Part shown: positions 63,001 through 64,000 of the stretch, piece by piece | Layout of the letters: each line of letters opens with the position of its first letter | Position numbering within the stretch: position 1 is the stretch's first letter | DNA from: Lama glama | Taxonomy: Eukaryota | DNA: 64,000 bases | Reading direction: 5' to 3' | NCBI GenBank assembly: GCA_028534125.1 | Contig: CM052816.1 | Coordinates: forward strand, 10,604,001-10,668,000 | The notes under the pieces: model-generated | Told to the model about the DNA's origin: nothing | The model's input: the letters and a program-made list of their open reading frames with translations, nothing else | Database searches by the model: none | Translations under genes and position numbers: made by a program

Positions 63001-64000
63001 ATTCAGTTTGGAAGGAATTAAAAAGGGGCTTGTCTCTCCGCATCTGCTACCCCCTACAAGTGGAATGCTGAAGCTGGCAATCGGGGAGTTGTGCTCTACT
63101 AGCTACTGGCTAGTTGTGCTTCCTTTTGTGTAAGGCTGTTGCTCACATGGCTACAGTTTAGGAGGGAACACAAGGATAAAGAGGGTTTAGATGAATTGCT
63201 TCATAGAACCCTCATGACCAGTGAGTGGATTGGTTCAGAAAATAAGTGATAGATTAGAATTAACCACCCAAGTGTAAGAAATGCCACTCAGCCTTCTGGT
63301 CACCCTTCATTCACTGCACAGTCCCACTTCTCTTTGGATGGTAGGAATTGCCAACAGCTGATAACACACTGGCCACAAAGCAGGGGACCATAGTAACACC
63401 TTGTTATTAAAAAGACCCGACACGGGTATGGGTTACCACCCTTTCTAGCCCTCAGCTCTTTGTTGCAAACAGTGGTTCTTCCTTCATATTATCAGCAATA
63501 TTCTTTTTCAAATTAGATTGCCTCACATGATGATTTTCTGCCTTCAAAAATTAGACTCATGTGTGCATTATATAATACCATGTTATCCATGATGACAAGG
63601 CTGAAAATGCCTGGCCCCACTGTCCTGTAAACTTTCAGGAAAATAAATTGCTACTTGTATTTCCCATTGACTCTCCTAGTGGGCACACCCTGGAAACCCA
63701 GCCCTTAAAAAAGCAGCTGCAGCAGCACAACTTCAGCTCCTTGTCACTGAAAGCCTCTGGGTTGCAGTGGGGAGCAAGGTAATCAGTACTTTGGACTTAG
63801 ATGTACCTAAACAGCTGTTCTTATTCATGCCATGAATTCTGGCCTCATTCTGGGGAATTAGCTGCTTTCCAAGATAGAAATCTGTTTGGCAGAAAATAAA
63901 TGTTTGTTTTTAAATGAAATCCATTTGGTTAATAGTTAACCACCCAGTTTTAGGTTGCTTTCCACAATTCTGTAAATAAAATGTGCTGCATTGCCTTCCC

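Noticed and set aside
63044..63061. CTCF-like CTTGTAGGGGGTAG on the minus strand
   Set aside because: Mismatches at key core positions

Overview
This is mammalian, non-coding, repeat-dense DNA (intergenic or deep intronic). It is most likely camelid, judged from two tRNA-Ala-derived SINEs of the vic-1 type and about ten young artiodactyl-type LINE-1 3' ends. I found no credible protein-coding gene, functional tRNA/rRNA, CRISPR array or prokaryotic system. The ORF track consists of chance ORFs and LINE remnants (L1 ORF2 endonuclease and C-terminal pieces, one L2 reverse-transcriptase remnant). Much of the window is transposable-element debris: MIR, L2, L3/CR1, L4, old L1M, young L1, MaLR/ERV LTRs and hAT DNA elements, often nested. 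A 500-N scaffold gap lies at 53009-53508. The best observations are a clean twin-primed L1 with a perfect 19-bp target-site duplication (TSD), an unexplained 87-nt hairpin, an old L1 whose 5'UTR joins directly to the ORF2 start, a possible micro 3' transduction, a near-consensus CTCF site, and repeat-free motif-dense blocks that look like enhancers. I cannot support a previously undescribed biological system from this sequence alone. Family names come from recalled consensus sequences, not a database search. Boundaries are approximate unless a TSD is given.
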